64,000 nucleotides of DNA, from positions 2,542,001 to 2,606,000 of the forward strand of contig JBLDXI010000033.1 of NCBI GenBank assembly GCA_047495785.1, written 5' to 3'. The stretch is from Lepidodermella squamata. Taxonomy: Eukaryota > Animalia > Gastrotricha. Positions within the stretch are counted from its first letter, which is position 1; the number at the start of each line of letters is the position of its first letter. Of this stretch, positions 24,859-38,317 are shown one piece after another. The notes beneath the pieces are model-generated. The model had not been told where the DNA came from and ran no database searches. It worked only from the letters and a program-made list of their open reading frames with translations. Position numbers and translations under genes: made by a program.

Positions 24859-25607
24859 GTACTAGGGATGTAACGACATTGGCGAAACGAAAACCAAAAC
24901 TCGCGACATGGCGATTTCGTTAACCGAGACTAAATCGCAGCTCGGGTGAATCCGAAAAAACCCGAAATCGTTACCGAATTTTAACGAATTTACGAATTTT
25001 GGCCGAAATTCCTTGTTATGTTTGAGACGTCTCATTCGTTGCCGAGGCAATGGGTCCCGAATGAGCACTCTTAGGGGTCACTTGTGGGGTCTCTTTAGGA
25101 CAGCTAGGTAGCGATTAGTGCAATCTTGCTGATACTCCTATTCTACCACTTTTCACTTTTTTAGTACGGTGGAGTGGTCGGCCACCGTCGGGTAGAGCGT
25201 CATTGATAAATCACAGTCGACCCGGGTGGGGATCGAACCCATCGTCTTGACGCTCAATGCCCAGCAGATAGCTATCCACTGAATACTGTGTGCCCCTGTG
25301 TGAATTTACGAAATTTGGCCGAAATTAACGAGTATTTAACCGAAATAAATGACTGACTAAACCCTTATGACTCTCGAAGAATAGCTGAATCGCGTGAATA
25401 CTTATCTCACGACTTTGTGAGGAAATACGAGAAGAAAGTCTCTGTTGTGAGTGTGTGTGAAGTTCCGCCAGGGGTGCAATACGAAATCTGAACTCTTAAG
25501 TGCGTAAGTGCGGCTGACTGGCCAATTTCTAGAGCAAACCGGAACGAGAACCGAAATTTTCAAAATCGCGATTTCGGCCAGCCGAATATCTGTTACATCC
25601 CTAGTAC
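24859..25607. mobile_element. Non-autonomous DNA transposon with hAT/Ac-like TIRs
   Basis: Perfect 16-bp inverted ends GTACTAGGGATGTAAC / GTTACATCCCTAGTAC and many subterminal (C)CGAAAT motifs; no transposase ORF. Confidence 0.75.
25011..25300 (-). mobile_element. tRNA-derived SINE nested in the hAT-like element
   Basis: The minus-strand head has an A-box-like TTCAGTGG and a B-box/T-arm TGGG-TTCGATC-CCCA but no full cloverleaf. It is bracketed by near-identical direct repeats TTTACGAA(T/A)TTTGGCCGAAATT. Confidence 0.55.
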
Positions 25608-26071
25608 TACGGCACTGCAAAATTGAAATGGTCGCGTGGCTTCAAATGCGGAGAAAAATATACAGTGGAACCCCGTCTTCTTCAGGACCAAATAAAATCA
25701 GATATCAGCCTAAAGTTATTAACGCAGTAACAGTTGTAAACAGTCAAATCATTTTCCAACTCAGCAGTCTAATTTCCAAAGAAATTAAAAAAAAAATTCC
25801 GCTGGATTAACGCTGGACATTCGGCAGAGTTCATTTTACTGCAAACCTTTCACAGAGTATAGAAACGGGCGATAGGAGCCTCCAGCACTTGAACACCTCT
25901 GGCTCTGGCATGCCAAGATAAAAACTAAATTTGAATATAGCAAACCACTCAATCATGAATATATAAAAACTCAGCAGAATCCCAATTGACGCAGAAAACT
26001 TTCACAACCTTTTAAAAATGTATTTGACAGTGTTCGAAGAAGCACCATATAGTGAGAGTTGGCATTTCGCC

Positions 26072-27065
26072 TCAGTCTTCCGAAATGGAACCAGCGTTGC
26101 TAACGTCATAGCCGTAGTCGTCGGCTTTGTTCAGGGGCTGTTTCTCCGGCATCGGCAGGACTGAAAAGCTGTTAGGATTCATAGTTTTGACAGCGACGAG
26201 CTCGTCATCATCATCCCCTAAAAACATGGCTATCCGCGCTCGGAGTCGCATCGCGTATGCAACCATCGGGAGGAGAGACGCCAGTGCAAAGACGCCGGTA
26301 ACGATTGCCAACCCGAATCCCCAGCCGAAAAGATTGTCCATCCTCAACGGCATCCATTCCCAGTCACTTGTAGCGCAGACACCGAAAACGACACACGCGG
26401 TAACTGTTGAATAAAAATAGAACAATAAATTTGAGTGAAATCGAAAGCATGATTTGGCCTTGTGGCTGATTTTTTTCCGCAACTAAAATGTCAATGATAA
26501 TGCTAAATTCTCAATATGATTTACCAAATAATCATTTAGCGTTAACCCTTAATTAACATTAAATTTTATTCAGTTAGCTGTTCTCGGATAAAACAACCAG
26601 AACCCGCTAACATTAAGCTGAACACTTACTTTGGCAGAAGGTTTCTGTTGCCTTAAAACCAATAGCTCGTCTCATTCGAAGGTAACAAACAGTGACGCTG
26701 TAAGGCCGCCAGAAGGTAAAAATGACTATCATCAGCGAAACGAAATTGCAGATGTAGGCTAGACTTTCGAACACCTGGACAGCAACGAACCAACTCGGTT
26801 CGAGTAGATCGAGCAGCCATCGGTATTCCTTGACGAAAACATACCAGCAGCCATGGTAGGATTTGCCGCGGTAGTCTCGGGGATAAATGTAGCCGTCAAA
26901 GCAGAAGAACCAAGGACCGGCTCGGCGGAAGGTGTTCTTAGGATTGAATGAGTACCACCACTCGTCACTGAAGAATGAGATTGACATAAATATAAAACCG
27001 ACTATGCAGATCGCCAGCATGGTGCGCATCTCTGGCCCACGATGAATCAGCTCTGGAGCAAACAT
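26072..27065 (-). CDS. Claudin-like (PMP22/claudin; Megatrachea/Kune-kune type) protein A, 2 exons
   Basis: Four TM segments, W...GPWFFCF..Y.YP..CW extracellular motif and 'WMP..DNLFGWGFGLA'. Confidence 0.85.
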
Positions 27066-28706
27066 CCTCGCTCTAAAAGCTAGATTCTAGAAATAATCCT
27101 AATTTTCAGTAAAAATCAAAAGGAAGGATAGAAAGTCGAGCTTGAGTTTTAATAAATTCCGATAGCATGAGTTGCTTTCTGTATGCTATAAATGTTGTAC
27201 GCTGTAGTAATATAATCCAATGTAATACTGTGCTGTTAGTGTATTGATAACATAAAGCGTTGTGGTGTCTGATAAGGAAAGCGATAAGCTGGACTCAATA
27301 CGCCATTACTCTGTGTGTCACCCCGTTATCCTGCTCTCAGGTTATGATGTGTTCTTTCCTGATAGAAACGTATATCTGCATCGTGGCCCTTTCGCTCATT
27401 ACCCCGCGCTTTGCATTATATATTATTCCAAAAAATGGTATATGGCTGGAAAATGCGCATATGTTTGTGTATGATGAAAAACTCGCACTGTAATAAAAAC
27501 ACCTTTCAGGCGAACTCTGCGAAGTTTTACTCTGATCTTTGAGAACATGACAGAAAAAACTTTGAAAACAGGGGCATTTTCAGTTTTTAGAAATAAAATG
27601 TTGATCCAGGTTGCCGAGCCTTTGCTGAATATAAAATGTGAAATATGCCAATCAAAGAAGAAAAATCATCTCTGATAGCCTTGAAAAATGTTACGACTCG
27701 ATGGCAGGATCTAAAATGGCCGAAATAATTAATGTCAAAGCTAGAAAAAGCCAGAGCGGGAGGAGATTTGAATGCATTTTCGCCAACTTGACCGCAGCCA
27801 GAGATGTTACCCACTAACAGCTTTTTCTATTCCGTGGGCTAAAAACGAATTGTTGAAGTGAAAAAAATTAATTTATTAAGGATGCCTGCTGTTGCCAAGA
27901 TAATTCGAAGGGAAATGAATGTTTACCGCCACTTCGGCTAAACATATTGGCACCTCACGTAATAATTCACTTTTTGGTGCATATTTTCCGTGTTTCCTAA
28001 ATAAGGTATTCGATTCTAACGCGACTTAAATGACTTTCAAGGGCTCAATATATAAATGCATCTATTGTAATGCAAGGTGTGCTCCCAGTGGTCTAGTCGT
28101 AAAATACTGGTGTCTGGCGGTTCGATAAAAATGTGATGTTGATTTTTCCCCTTTTTTCCATGCTCAAATAACACGGCGATATGCGTGTCTCCTCTTGTGT
28201 CGTTGCCGCGTTCGGCGCGTTCGATAAATTCCTATTAAACACTAGATGCATAACAAGCGTGCGATTTGCCAATGCCGCAAAAAAATGCATCGTATTATCC
28301 CAAGTGAACGCTTATTCTTGGAGCTTTCATCTGCATTATTTTTCAGAAAGCGGATTGTCTGTGGCGTCCCCAGGTTCATATCAAATGTGACCGGAAAGGC
28401 ATCAAAATCGCAATAGGAAATTCGTCATAGTGCTGCGATTTCGTGGCCTTATACGTGATGCAATGTCGGCAACAGCGATCGCCAGAATAAATGAACGCCA
28501 AACATCCGTCTGATATATATTGCACTGCTTCTACAATCAAACAAATCCAATAATATAAAATTAACCAAACGTGACTTGTCCTTGCATTTTCCCTTTCTAT
28601 TTTTATTTACGGAACGGCGATGCTCTCTTCGTGATTACATTTTCCTCTTGTTATTTTATAAGAGTTTCAACATTTATGTTTCACTCCTCTTACTGTCTAA
28701 ACCGAT

Positions 28707-29633
28707 ATGTCTCTGCCACTCTGCCAAATTAACTTGGCGCTGATATTAATAGGCTTCGCAACATTCAGTAATTATCAGGTAATTATGATTAATTTCCCAT
28801 TACTTATGTAATGCTTAAAGATATTTCGCAGGTGCTGAGCCAACCAAGCCTCTTAACGACGCATGCTTCGAAAACGCAACCATGGATTGAAACTGACGGC
28901 GAACTCTGGACTGGCTACGACGACAACTATGACAGCATTTGCACCGTTTTAAAAACTGAACGTTTTGTAGTCGATTTGAAATGCAATGGAACTCGCTACT
29001 CGTTCCCGTTTAAACCAGACAAAACTGTACAGAGAGGTCTATGTTGGAACAACGCTACTCAATTGGTGATTAAAAGTGAAAAATACTCACTCGAAGTAGG
29101 CTTCGGCTTCATTCAATGGCAGCCGCCGCCGGGAACAGACAAGAAATTTGGCGACAAGACGTTCTTCATTCTAGATTCGGTTGCGGTTGCGGCCGATGAA
29201 TCACAGCCGCCCACAAATAATCGAACGACATGCAGCGAGTCTGTTGAAAGGAAAAACCTAGCAGCTGATCAACTCATCAAGGCACCGCTCGGTTATGCTC
29301 ATCATTGCGAAGATTCCTATACTGTTATCGAACTGAATGAGAACACAACTGTCACTCTTTTCAGCTTGTCAATGCAAACCTTCCGCCAGGATAAGGGAAA
29401 CGCGACTGAACTGGACGACCCAGGTCTTGCCTTTATAAATTATTCGCATGTCTTTTATGCATCTTTGTCGTTTTCCAGAGTACGCCTGCGGTGCAGAGGT
29501 TGCTCGAAAGAAGGGTTTTGTGATATTCTTGTTGATATTTTTACCCGGTTCGCTCGGTGGCGCTTATTGGTTCCTGCAACGTCGCAAACAGCAGCAACAG
29601 CAACCAGGGGCTGCAAATAACCGCAGAAAATGA
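28707..29633 (+). CDS. LAMP-like type I membrane glycoprotein, 3 exons
   Basis: Signal-peptide exon, several N-X-S/T sites, 'APLGYAHHC', 'LSMQTF', a Cys before the TM segment, then TM and a short basic tail. Similarity to the LAMP lumenal domain is by motif only. Confidence 0.55.
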
Positions 29634-30872
29634 TTGGAGTAGTACTCCTTATTTTTGTTATATTATTATTCAAATTAGATTGCAAAATGGGAAGGCCTTT
29701 TGCTGTTTCGTTACGTCTGAGAATAAAATTAAAATAATGCAGTCCGCAAAATGCAATATTGTCTGCTAAATTATTGGCATAACTGGAATTGTAAAGACTT
29801 CAGCTGGAACGGGTGGGAACAAAGAAATAGTGACTTCGTTGCCTTTTATTCTTCTTCGCCTACCCTCTGCACATCTTAAAAAATCTTCCGCACATTCTTC
29901 CTTAACTGCGTTTCAATTTCCGCCCTATTCAATAATGTTCGATCGATTTCAGTCGTAAAGTCGCGTGGGGGGAAGCGTGAAATACCTACACTTGAAATTA
30001 GGAAAAACTGCTTGAAATATGCTGTTCAATTCATCATTTATTCCATCATTCTTCGTAAGCATTTCTCATAATATAATATTATATCACGTTTTTTTTACAT
30101 GCGATAGAAAGCAGGAACCCTCGCATACGATGGACATTCTGCATAGGGCATCGAGAACAAAAAGTTGTATCGCAAGACATTGCTGTATGTAATTACTGAA
30201 CTTCACATAAGTATTTACATGTGTGGCGTAGTTTTAGCTAATACGCAATAACCAAGGGAAAGAAGGAAAATAGAAAATCAAAGCTGTTCCAATTATGGCG
30301 TGAGGTGATGAAACAAGTGTACTTGGACGTTGGAGAACAATTAGGAACAATAGGTATCGATGCAAAACCAGAAATCGAAAAGATAAAAGGCTGCTCATCC
30401 AGATGCTGAAACGGGGTTAGTAAGCGATAGGATTCTTTACCATGCTCGCAGAGTACTGCTTTTGAAATCATGAGAATCACAATTATTACGAGCGAAGAGG
30501 TTAAAAGTGGCACGGAAACAATCATTTTGTTATTCACCTGTTCAAATTGTAACGTTTCCACAAAATAACACGTCATCAACTTGCTATATATTTCTCAACC
30601 ATTAGACACGGCTATACGTCACTAGTAACTTTGAAGGACACATTGATCAAAAACATTTAACCAGGTAATGAGCATGTCCGCGAATACCGCAGCGCAATTT
30701 CACAATTACTATAATCCGGTAGTAGTATCAATAGAATAAATTGCTTTCCATCGCCACGGCGGCGAGACAGAATTTTCCAGACATATGAGAAGTGCCGAAT
30801 TAAAACAAAACAAAAACTCAACTATAGCCGCGATATGTAGAACATTTTTCTTGCTATAAAATAAAAATTAGT

Positions 30873-33800
30873 TCACGCGATTTGTCCGCCTTGGTAGAGA
30901 AATTCTTCGGGGAATTTGATGTCTGTCAACGGAATGCCGTTCGAAAGAAACGCAATGCGAGGAGAGTCGGCGGCGCCGCCCTCCGAACCGGAGCCGTTGT
31001 CGCCTACACCGGTACTGCCCTCGTCCGTCAGGTCGAGGGGCGGCGGAATTTGGGACGACGACGAACAGCTCTGAAGAAGATCTGTCAGAGTTGCATAAAG
31101 ATCGGGTGGGGGTTGCTGGTTTGCGGCATTTTTCTGACCCGAATGATGCCGGTTCCGCGACGTCAAAGTCGAGTCGCGGTGATTGGGCGCGTGGCGACGC
31201 GAAGACCGAGGCGTGTTTTGCTTAGATCCAGGCTGGCCGTGATCAACCGACTGCCGCAAGATACCACCCTGGTGGTGCTGACCCGGACGGGTAATAACCG
31301 GAGCGGCCAGGTGTCTCATATTCGCACTAGTCGCACTCAATTCAAGAACCTGAGGGCGCAAAATCGAACGAATACTCTCCGCTGATAGATCTTCCATTGC
31401 CGGAAGAGATTCTGAGTCGAAATCGGGCCGATTCGCCGATAAAAACGCCCCAACAGATTCAGAAGTGCCGGTTGTGCTTGCCAGACTCAGTTCAGACGCG
31501 CTCAGGCTGCGACTTCCCTCCAATAAATGCCGATTTCCGGAGGCGAACAACAGCGCTCGAGTCTGAGGGGCGGATAGCATCAAGTCTTGGGGACGGTAGC
31601 CAGCAGCGTCCAATAACGAGGTCAGCTCCTCGCGGTTGAAGTACAGTGATTCCGCTGGAGGGAGGGTGGCCGGGTAAATATCGGATGAATTTGATCGAGA
31701 AAACGCCATTGCTGGCAAAAGGTATGGTGCATTTTTTCGCCTAGATTCGATGACAGCACGAATTGCTGCGCTGAACGAGTCAACAGGTAAGAGACAAGCA
31801 ACGAGGGAAAAGACAGCGGCCACGACGGCGTGTAACGCGCATCGATGTGGCATCGGCAGTAGCGGTCGAGGGGAGGCTGAAGTGGGTGAAGGAGCTGGCG
31901 CGGGTTCGGAACTAGGTTTATCCGACATTTGCCCGTTCGAACCGGCTTGGAAAGTCAGTTTAATTTTCGGCAGTGAGGCAACGCCTGATTCATCGTCATT
32001 TTCCAGCTCATTGCTAGCATAGCCCAGAGAGGCGAGTGATTGAATGGCCAAACACAAAGCGCACACAGTCAGGAGAAAATCCCCCAGAGGTAACTCCAGT
32101 GACAACAAAGCAACTGTAGTGTACAACGCAGCGACATTGTCGACGTGATTCGACTCAAATGTCGCGGACGTGTAGACTGCGTAGAGTAGTAAAGATCCGT
32201 TTTTGGCAGCAAATAGCGAGTCAGCATCTGACGGCTCGCCAACGACAAAACCTGGACTAGTATCTAGCGATTCGACCAGCTCGACAGTTTCCAGTCGCGG
32301 TTGATTGCTGTGGCGATCGATGAGATGATTGAGAATGCGCTGGACAACGTAGCGCACGACGCGGTCTTCGGCCTGAACCAGCCTAACCAGGCCCTCAAGA
32401 ATCGAGGAGCTTAACGCACTACCCAAACTAACAGTTTTGTATTTCTGCGCTATTCTTAGCACAGCCCGAAGTAAAATCCGCTGAACAGCACACATCGCGT
32501 CCGCTGCCATCCTTTCGTCAAGCTGCTGTCGTTGCAAAGCCGAAAGGCGATTCATTGAAGCGGACGATGGCAATGTTGTCAAGCCAGAAACTGGCGCTGG
32601 CGGCAGAGGGAGAACGGCGAAACCGACCAAGAACGAAATAATCTCATTCAATTGATCCTGGTGTTGCTGTTGGCTATTAGCAACTTCTACGATAGTGTTG
32701 ATAATCGCCTCTTGGAAAGCACGCTCCTCATCGACGGTGGCAGGACTTCCCGCCCGATTAGGACCGCGACTGTACTGACGAACAACTGATGTCCTTAAAT
32801 GCTGGACTAAGCAGCTGAAAACTTCGTAAAAAGTCATTCCGAAAAAGTGAGTATCCACGACATTGACAGCATGCCGTAATACGTCGGTGATTCCTGTTAG
32901 AACACGCGGCTGACTAGCCTCATGCGTGTCCAAATGCTTTAATAGAGCACGCAAAATTTCCCAACTGCACTGCATTTGAGCCGAGGTTATGATTGTTCGA
33001 ACAACTTTGGCTGCAAAGTGATTCGGTGCCCAGCAACGGTGATCGTCAAAATAGCTGAGAACAGGTACAAATACTGTGTCAACGTTGGCGCTTGTCAACC
33101 GGCATAGCAGTTCCCGGAAACATGCCTCGGCAACGGCATTTACCATTTCGGGTGGATGATCTGCTGTCAACTGCAGGTCGCCTAGGTTCACGACAAACTG
33201 TGTATCCTGCACAGACATGTTAAACAGATATGACGGGACAATTTTCTCCATGTGCGCTTTCTGCCAAATATTGACTTGAATTCCGTCTGAGTAAGTCTTT
33301 TTGACGACACCTTGAAGGCCACGCATACCGGCGATGCGAACACGGCGTTGTATAGCCTCGTTATCAGCCCGACAAAAGCACATCGAGCTGAATTTGCTGA
33401 TGAAGAAATCGTAAGAAATGTGATAGGTTGGAGCATCTTCCTCGATATTCGTAAACTTCGTGAACTATTTTAAATACATATTTCAATAAATACAGAGAAA
33501 AATAGAACTCAAAATAAATTACCGATATGATGGCTAACACCTGAAGGTCATAATCAGGACATTTTTCAAGTACTAGTTGAATCATATTGAGGAAACTCTC
33601 TACAAACAAATTCAGCGTCTGTGCACGACATGCAACCAATAAATGATCGATAGCCTCCAGGCAAACAACAGCATATCTGAGAAGAATTGTAATAAGAAGA
33701 GCTAAAAATGATTTATGCAAAAACATACCCTCTTTTAGTCCTCAATCGCTCGATGCTGAAGTCCAACCAATTGAATAAATACTCGCCAACAAGCTTGAGC

Positions 33801-33984
33801 TTTTCAGGCTTTCGAATGACGTAGAATGTCAGATTCTCCATTTTATTTTTCACAAGGCCATCCTGGAAAGGCATTGAATGCAAAATGTATAAATTGAAGC
33901 GTTGTTCCTTACCTCAGGGTTAGTCGGAAAGATTGCGTCCACCAAACGCTTGTGACGGGATCGGCACTTAGCACAACAATTCAT
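30873..33984 (-). CDS. EFR3: Protein EFR3 homolog (PI4KA membrane anchor)
   Basis: MNCCAKCRSRHKRLVDAIFP (palmitoylation Cys cluster), 'MENLTFY..KPEKL', 'LNLFVESFL.MI' and 'RIAGMRGLQGVVKKT..D..QVNIW..HMEKIVPS.LFNM'. Confidence 0.93.
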
Positions 33985-35792
33985 TATTCCGCAATCTATG
34001 ATGCAAGACATCAAATTATAGATGTTATTACAAATTGCAAAATATCGCATTAAATAATAACAGGTATAACACATCCGTTATTATTTGGGAACTTGCTGCG
34101 AGCAATACTAGTTCACCTATTGATCTACGGTTTAACGAGCTTTGGTGACATCGAGCATCGAGCTTGGAGCTTGCGGAAGCAGTTACTTATTGGGAAGCAG
34201 TTGCCTAATAATGGCACGAATTCGATTTGGCAAGAAATGAGAATGAACAGCAAGAACAACATCGGAATTGAGCAGTTGGGGAATAATTTCACGTTATAAG
34301 AATTTGAAATGAAGAATGGCAAGGGATGAAAACAAAAAATCAATGAAGATTATTTGTCAATAACAATGCTTTTGGGTATTTAGTAGACTGCATTAGGAGG
34401 CACTAGAAGCAGGGATCTGGAGATTTGTTTGTTACCAGGTTTGCCAATGCAATAGAGAACTCGATCTCGGTTAAACTAACGTCTAACTTCCTATTCTTAC
34501 AAACCAGATTTCAACGCAAAACGCAAAGCGTAAAAAACGCGTTTGTCTAAATGAAGCAGCAGCTATCGTTAAGCATTCAACGGACTTCTTTGGCTGCTAA
34601 AAGGTAAAAACGCTAAATAACGAGATCCACCATGTGCTCCTGCAAAATCGGGAAACGGGACCGGTATTTGTGCCGGGTTCGCTGACGACGCCGAAAAAAA
34701 CCAACCGCGGAACAAAAATATTATATATTCCTAAAACCTTTTCGCTGAAAATCAACTCCTATTTATCAATTAATTTTTTATGTTCTGGCAAAATATTGAA
34801 AACAAAATACGTCAATAATGAACGAAAGTTTAGCGGTATTTCGCAAGGAGCGCGTCCTGTTTTTCAGTTGCCGAATCCAGGTGAGTAAGTATCAAACGGG
34901 CTCTCTCCTTATTATGCCGCTTGACTCCGTTGCATTCGCTTATGTTCAAAATCTAATGAAGTTGCTGATCAATAGCTGGTCGTCATAATTATAACCGCAT
35001 CATGCACTGATTAGCAATTGAACTTCCGGCGGCCTGCATAATCGTAGCGTAGCAATTAGTCATGTTTTATTCGACGAGACGTTGTTTTTCTTAATATTTT
35101 CAGTGGCAGTCCACTAACCATTAATCCTTGTGCAACTGAAACTCATTATTATTATTGTCTTTGAACCACGCCCGCTTTTTGTATGTACCATAGGGTTTGG
35201 GGTATTCTAATTCACGGCGCAATGATGGTAATATTTCCGGGGTTATGGTCAGTCGTCAGATATGACTAGGGATTTCTCTAGAGTTACAAGCACTTGTAAC
35301 GAATTTATCCGCGATTTCATCAGGGATGGGGTAATTTCGCCAAAACCTAAAACCCTAAAAACACGACTATAAATGGTTCGATAATTCTGGTAGGTATACT
35401 TATACTATTTCAGCTTGAATTCGTCAGTTCTTTATTTCCTTTCCGAATTTCAGCTAGGAGTGAGGGAAGTTTACATAATTTGAAAAATCTCTTATCCCAT
35501 TATTTCGGAAGTCGGCTCTCATTTTAAATATTGTTATCCCTTCTTACTTTCTGATAATTCCTCCGGTTCCGGTTTCCCTTAACACACCTCATCATTGAAA
35601 ATTAACAATTTCGCCATCACTCAGTAGCAATGAATAACAATTTTCGTGTTTAGAACTATAAAAAGCAATAGTAACTTTGATCACTGTCGAACTCTGCACA
35701 TATAATTTGAACTTCTGAAACACAATTGTCTTATATAATGAACCTGCATTTTTTAATAGATTGTTAATTAATCGGAAAACAGGAAAAACAGT

Positions 35793-36893
35793 ATGGCGAC
35801 TTCTCTGGCCCCATTGCCTCGAAATCGTGTTATAGATCTCGCAAACATGCGATACGTCTCACAGGCTATTTTCATTGCCAATAAGCGAAAAATAGCCGAT
35901 TTTGTCACCTCTAATGGACCCATTCATATTTCTGAAATCGCCAAGCAATTGGATGCTCATGAAACTAATTTGTACCGTCTTATGAGTTTTCTATCTGCCT
36001 ATGGTATTTTTGAAGAACGCGAAGGTCAATATTTTCTTGGCAACGAATACTCTGAGTCCTTGCGGAAGGATTCGCCGAATAATTGCCATCATATATTAAT
36101 GGCGTATGGGGCTGATTCGTGGGCGCGAAGTGTTATTAACATGGAGCTATCTCTTGATAAATGTACAGAGGCTACTCCGTTCGAGCGAGTCAATGGAGAT
36201 GCATTTTATTCTTACTTATCGAAACATGAAGATGAGCAAACCCATTTTGATTTGGGCATCATGGGTCAGAACATTTGGCAATCAACTGTGCCTGATCATT
36301 ACGATTTCAGTATATATCGCGATGTCGTTGATATTGCTGGTGGGTGTGGCGGATTGCTGAAAGCAATAATGATGAAAAATCCTCATATTAAGGCAACGCT
36401 ATTCGAGGCTCCTACAGTTGTCAAGAGCGTCCTCCCTGAATTGCTAAATGAGGAACCTTTTAAGTCCAAGTTCAGCGTTGTCACCGGAAATTTTCTTGAA
36501 AGTGTCAATGTCGCTGCTGATTTATTTACCGTTTGCATGACGCTTCATTGTTTTGAAGATACGCGACTTGCTGTGATAGTCAACAATATTGCAAATGCCA
36601 TGCGAAAGAGGGAAGGTTCAAAGTTGCTAATTCTGGAAGTTGACTACGAAACGGCTTTTGTTCGCAATAGCCCTTCCTACGGAAGACAGGTAAATTCGTT
36701 TTGCATGTGATCAAAGCGCTCGATGCCTATCGTATCATCTCTACAGCTTGATATGATTATGCAACTGGTCATGGGTGGTCGTGAACGCACTTTTGATATT
36801 TGGAAACAATTCTTGACCTCGCAAGGAATCAAAGTGGCTCGGAAGATTTTCATTCCTCCAAATCGTATGGGAATTGAATGCGAGCTTGCTTGA
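35793..36893 (+). CDS. SAM-dependent small-molecule O-methyltransferase (Methyltransf_2 + wHTH dimerisation domain), OMT1
   Basis: N-terminal wHTH ('ISEIAKQL...LYRLMSFL..YGIF'), 'YDFS..VVDIAGGCG', 'GNFLE', 'LHCF.D' and 'GRERT'. One intron 36690-36746; TATA-like CTATAAAA at ~35657. Confidence 0.9.
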
Positions 36894-37050
36894 AGTTGGG
36901 TGACAATTTAAATAACTTTACTCTTCAAAAACTTGATTTTGACAGCATTCCATTTAGCTCATTCGAGTATCAACCCTTTTATTAATCATAGCAGCTACTT
37001 TTTATTTTGATCTCAATGCATCTCTAGATCTATTATCATTATAATCGAAA

Positions 37051-38152
37051 ATGGCAACTCCCTCTCCTGCACCTTTACCTCGGCATCGCGTCACCGATCT
37101 GGTCAATATGCGATACGTTTCACAAGCAATTTTGATAGCAAATAGGAGAAAAATTGCCGATATCGTTACACCTAATACTCCGGTCCACATTTCCGAACTT
37201 GCGCAGCGTCTAAACACACATGAGACTAATTTATACCGACTAATGAGCTTCCTGTCCTCTTACGGAATTTTCGAAGAAAAAGAAGGGCATTACTTCGTGG
37301 GCAACGAAAGCTCAGACTCGATGCGCGAAGATTCTCCGCAAAATTGCCATCATATTTTGCTTGCATATGGTGCAAATTCGTGGACCCAAAGTGTCGTGAA
37401 TATGGAGCTGGCTCTAGACAAAACCACCGAAGCTACTCCATTTGAACGGATCAACGGTGATCCTTTTTACACGTATTTATCTCGCCACGAGGAGGAGCAG
37501 CGTAATTTTGACTTGGGCATAAAAACGCAAACCACCTGGCAAGCCACTTTGCCTGACTACTATGACTTCAGCATGTGCCGATCCATTGTAGACATAGCTG
37601 GAGGTTGCGGCGGCCTGCTGAAAGGCGTCATGATGAAAAACCCTCATATTGAAGCAACTTTATTCGAAGCTCCGTCTGTCATTAAGAATGTGATGCCGGA
37701 GTTGACCAGCGAAGAGCCTTTCAAGTCGAAGTTCCGCGTCGTCACTGGCAACTTTCTGGAAACTGTCGACGTCGTCGCGGATATTTTCACCGTCGCTATG
37801 ACCTTACATTGCTTTGAAGACACCAGACTGGCAGTGATTGTGAAAAATATTGCCACTGCAATGCGTAAAAAGCCAGGATCAAAGTTACTCATAATTGAGG
37901 TCGACTATGAAAAAGTGTTTGTTAAGAACACGCCATCAGGTGCTAGGCTAGTAAGTACAGCGGCAAATCTAATTTCTCATTTTCAATCATTGGATATTTT
38001 CTTAGCTCGACATGAATATGATGCTGATTATGGGCGGCCGCGAACGCGATTATGACACTTGGAAACAGTTTTTGAACGCCCAGGGCGTCAACCTTGTGCG
38101 AAAAATTCCGATCCCGCCAAATTTTGTCGCTATGGAGTGCGAATTGCTGTGA
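37051..38152 (+). CDS. SAM-dependent O-methyltransferase, OMT2 (tandem paralog of OMT1)
   Basis: Colinear with OMT1 over its full length; intron 37951-38005 at the same position. Confidence 0.9.
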
Positions 38153-38317
38153 GACAGCTATAAACACAACCTGTGATTTCCGAATGTGATTTCTATGAAT
38201 CATTTTTTTTGCTTCCGATTTACATACAAGATAATTTTAATCTTGTTAATTTAAGCAAGTATCATAACTGCCAATTCAACAATTGCCTGTTTTCTATTTT
38301 CGTGTAGAGCGTTATAA

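Noticed and set aside
25215-25300. Candidate tRNA gene (B-box GGTTCGATCC, minus strand)
   Set aside because: No proper acceptor or anticodon stems; better explained as a SINE head.
30882-31385. Arg-rich 167-aa ORF
   Set aside because: Antisense to the GC-rich EFR3 3' exon.
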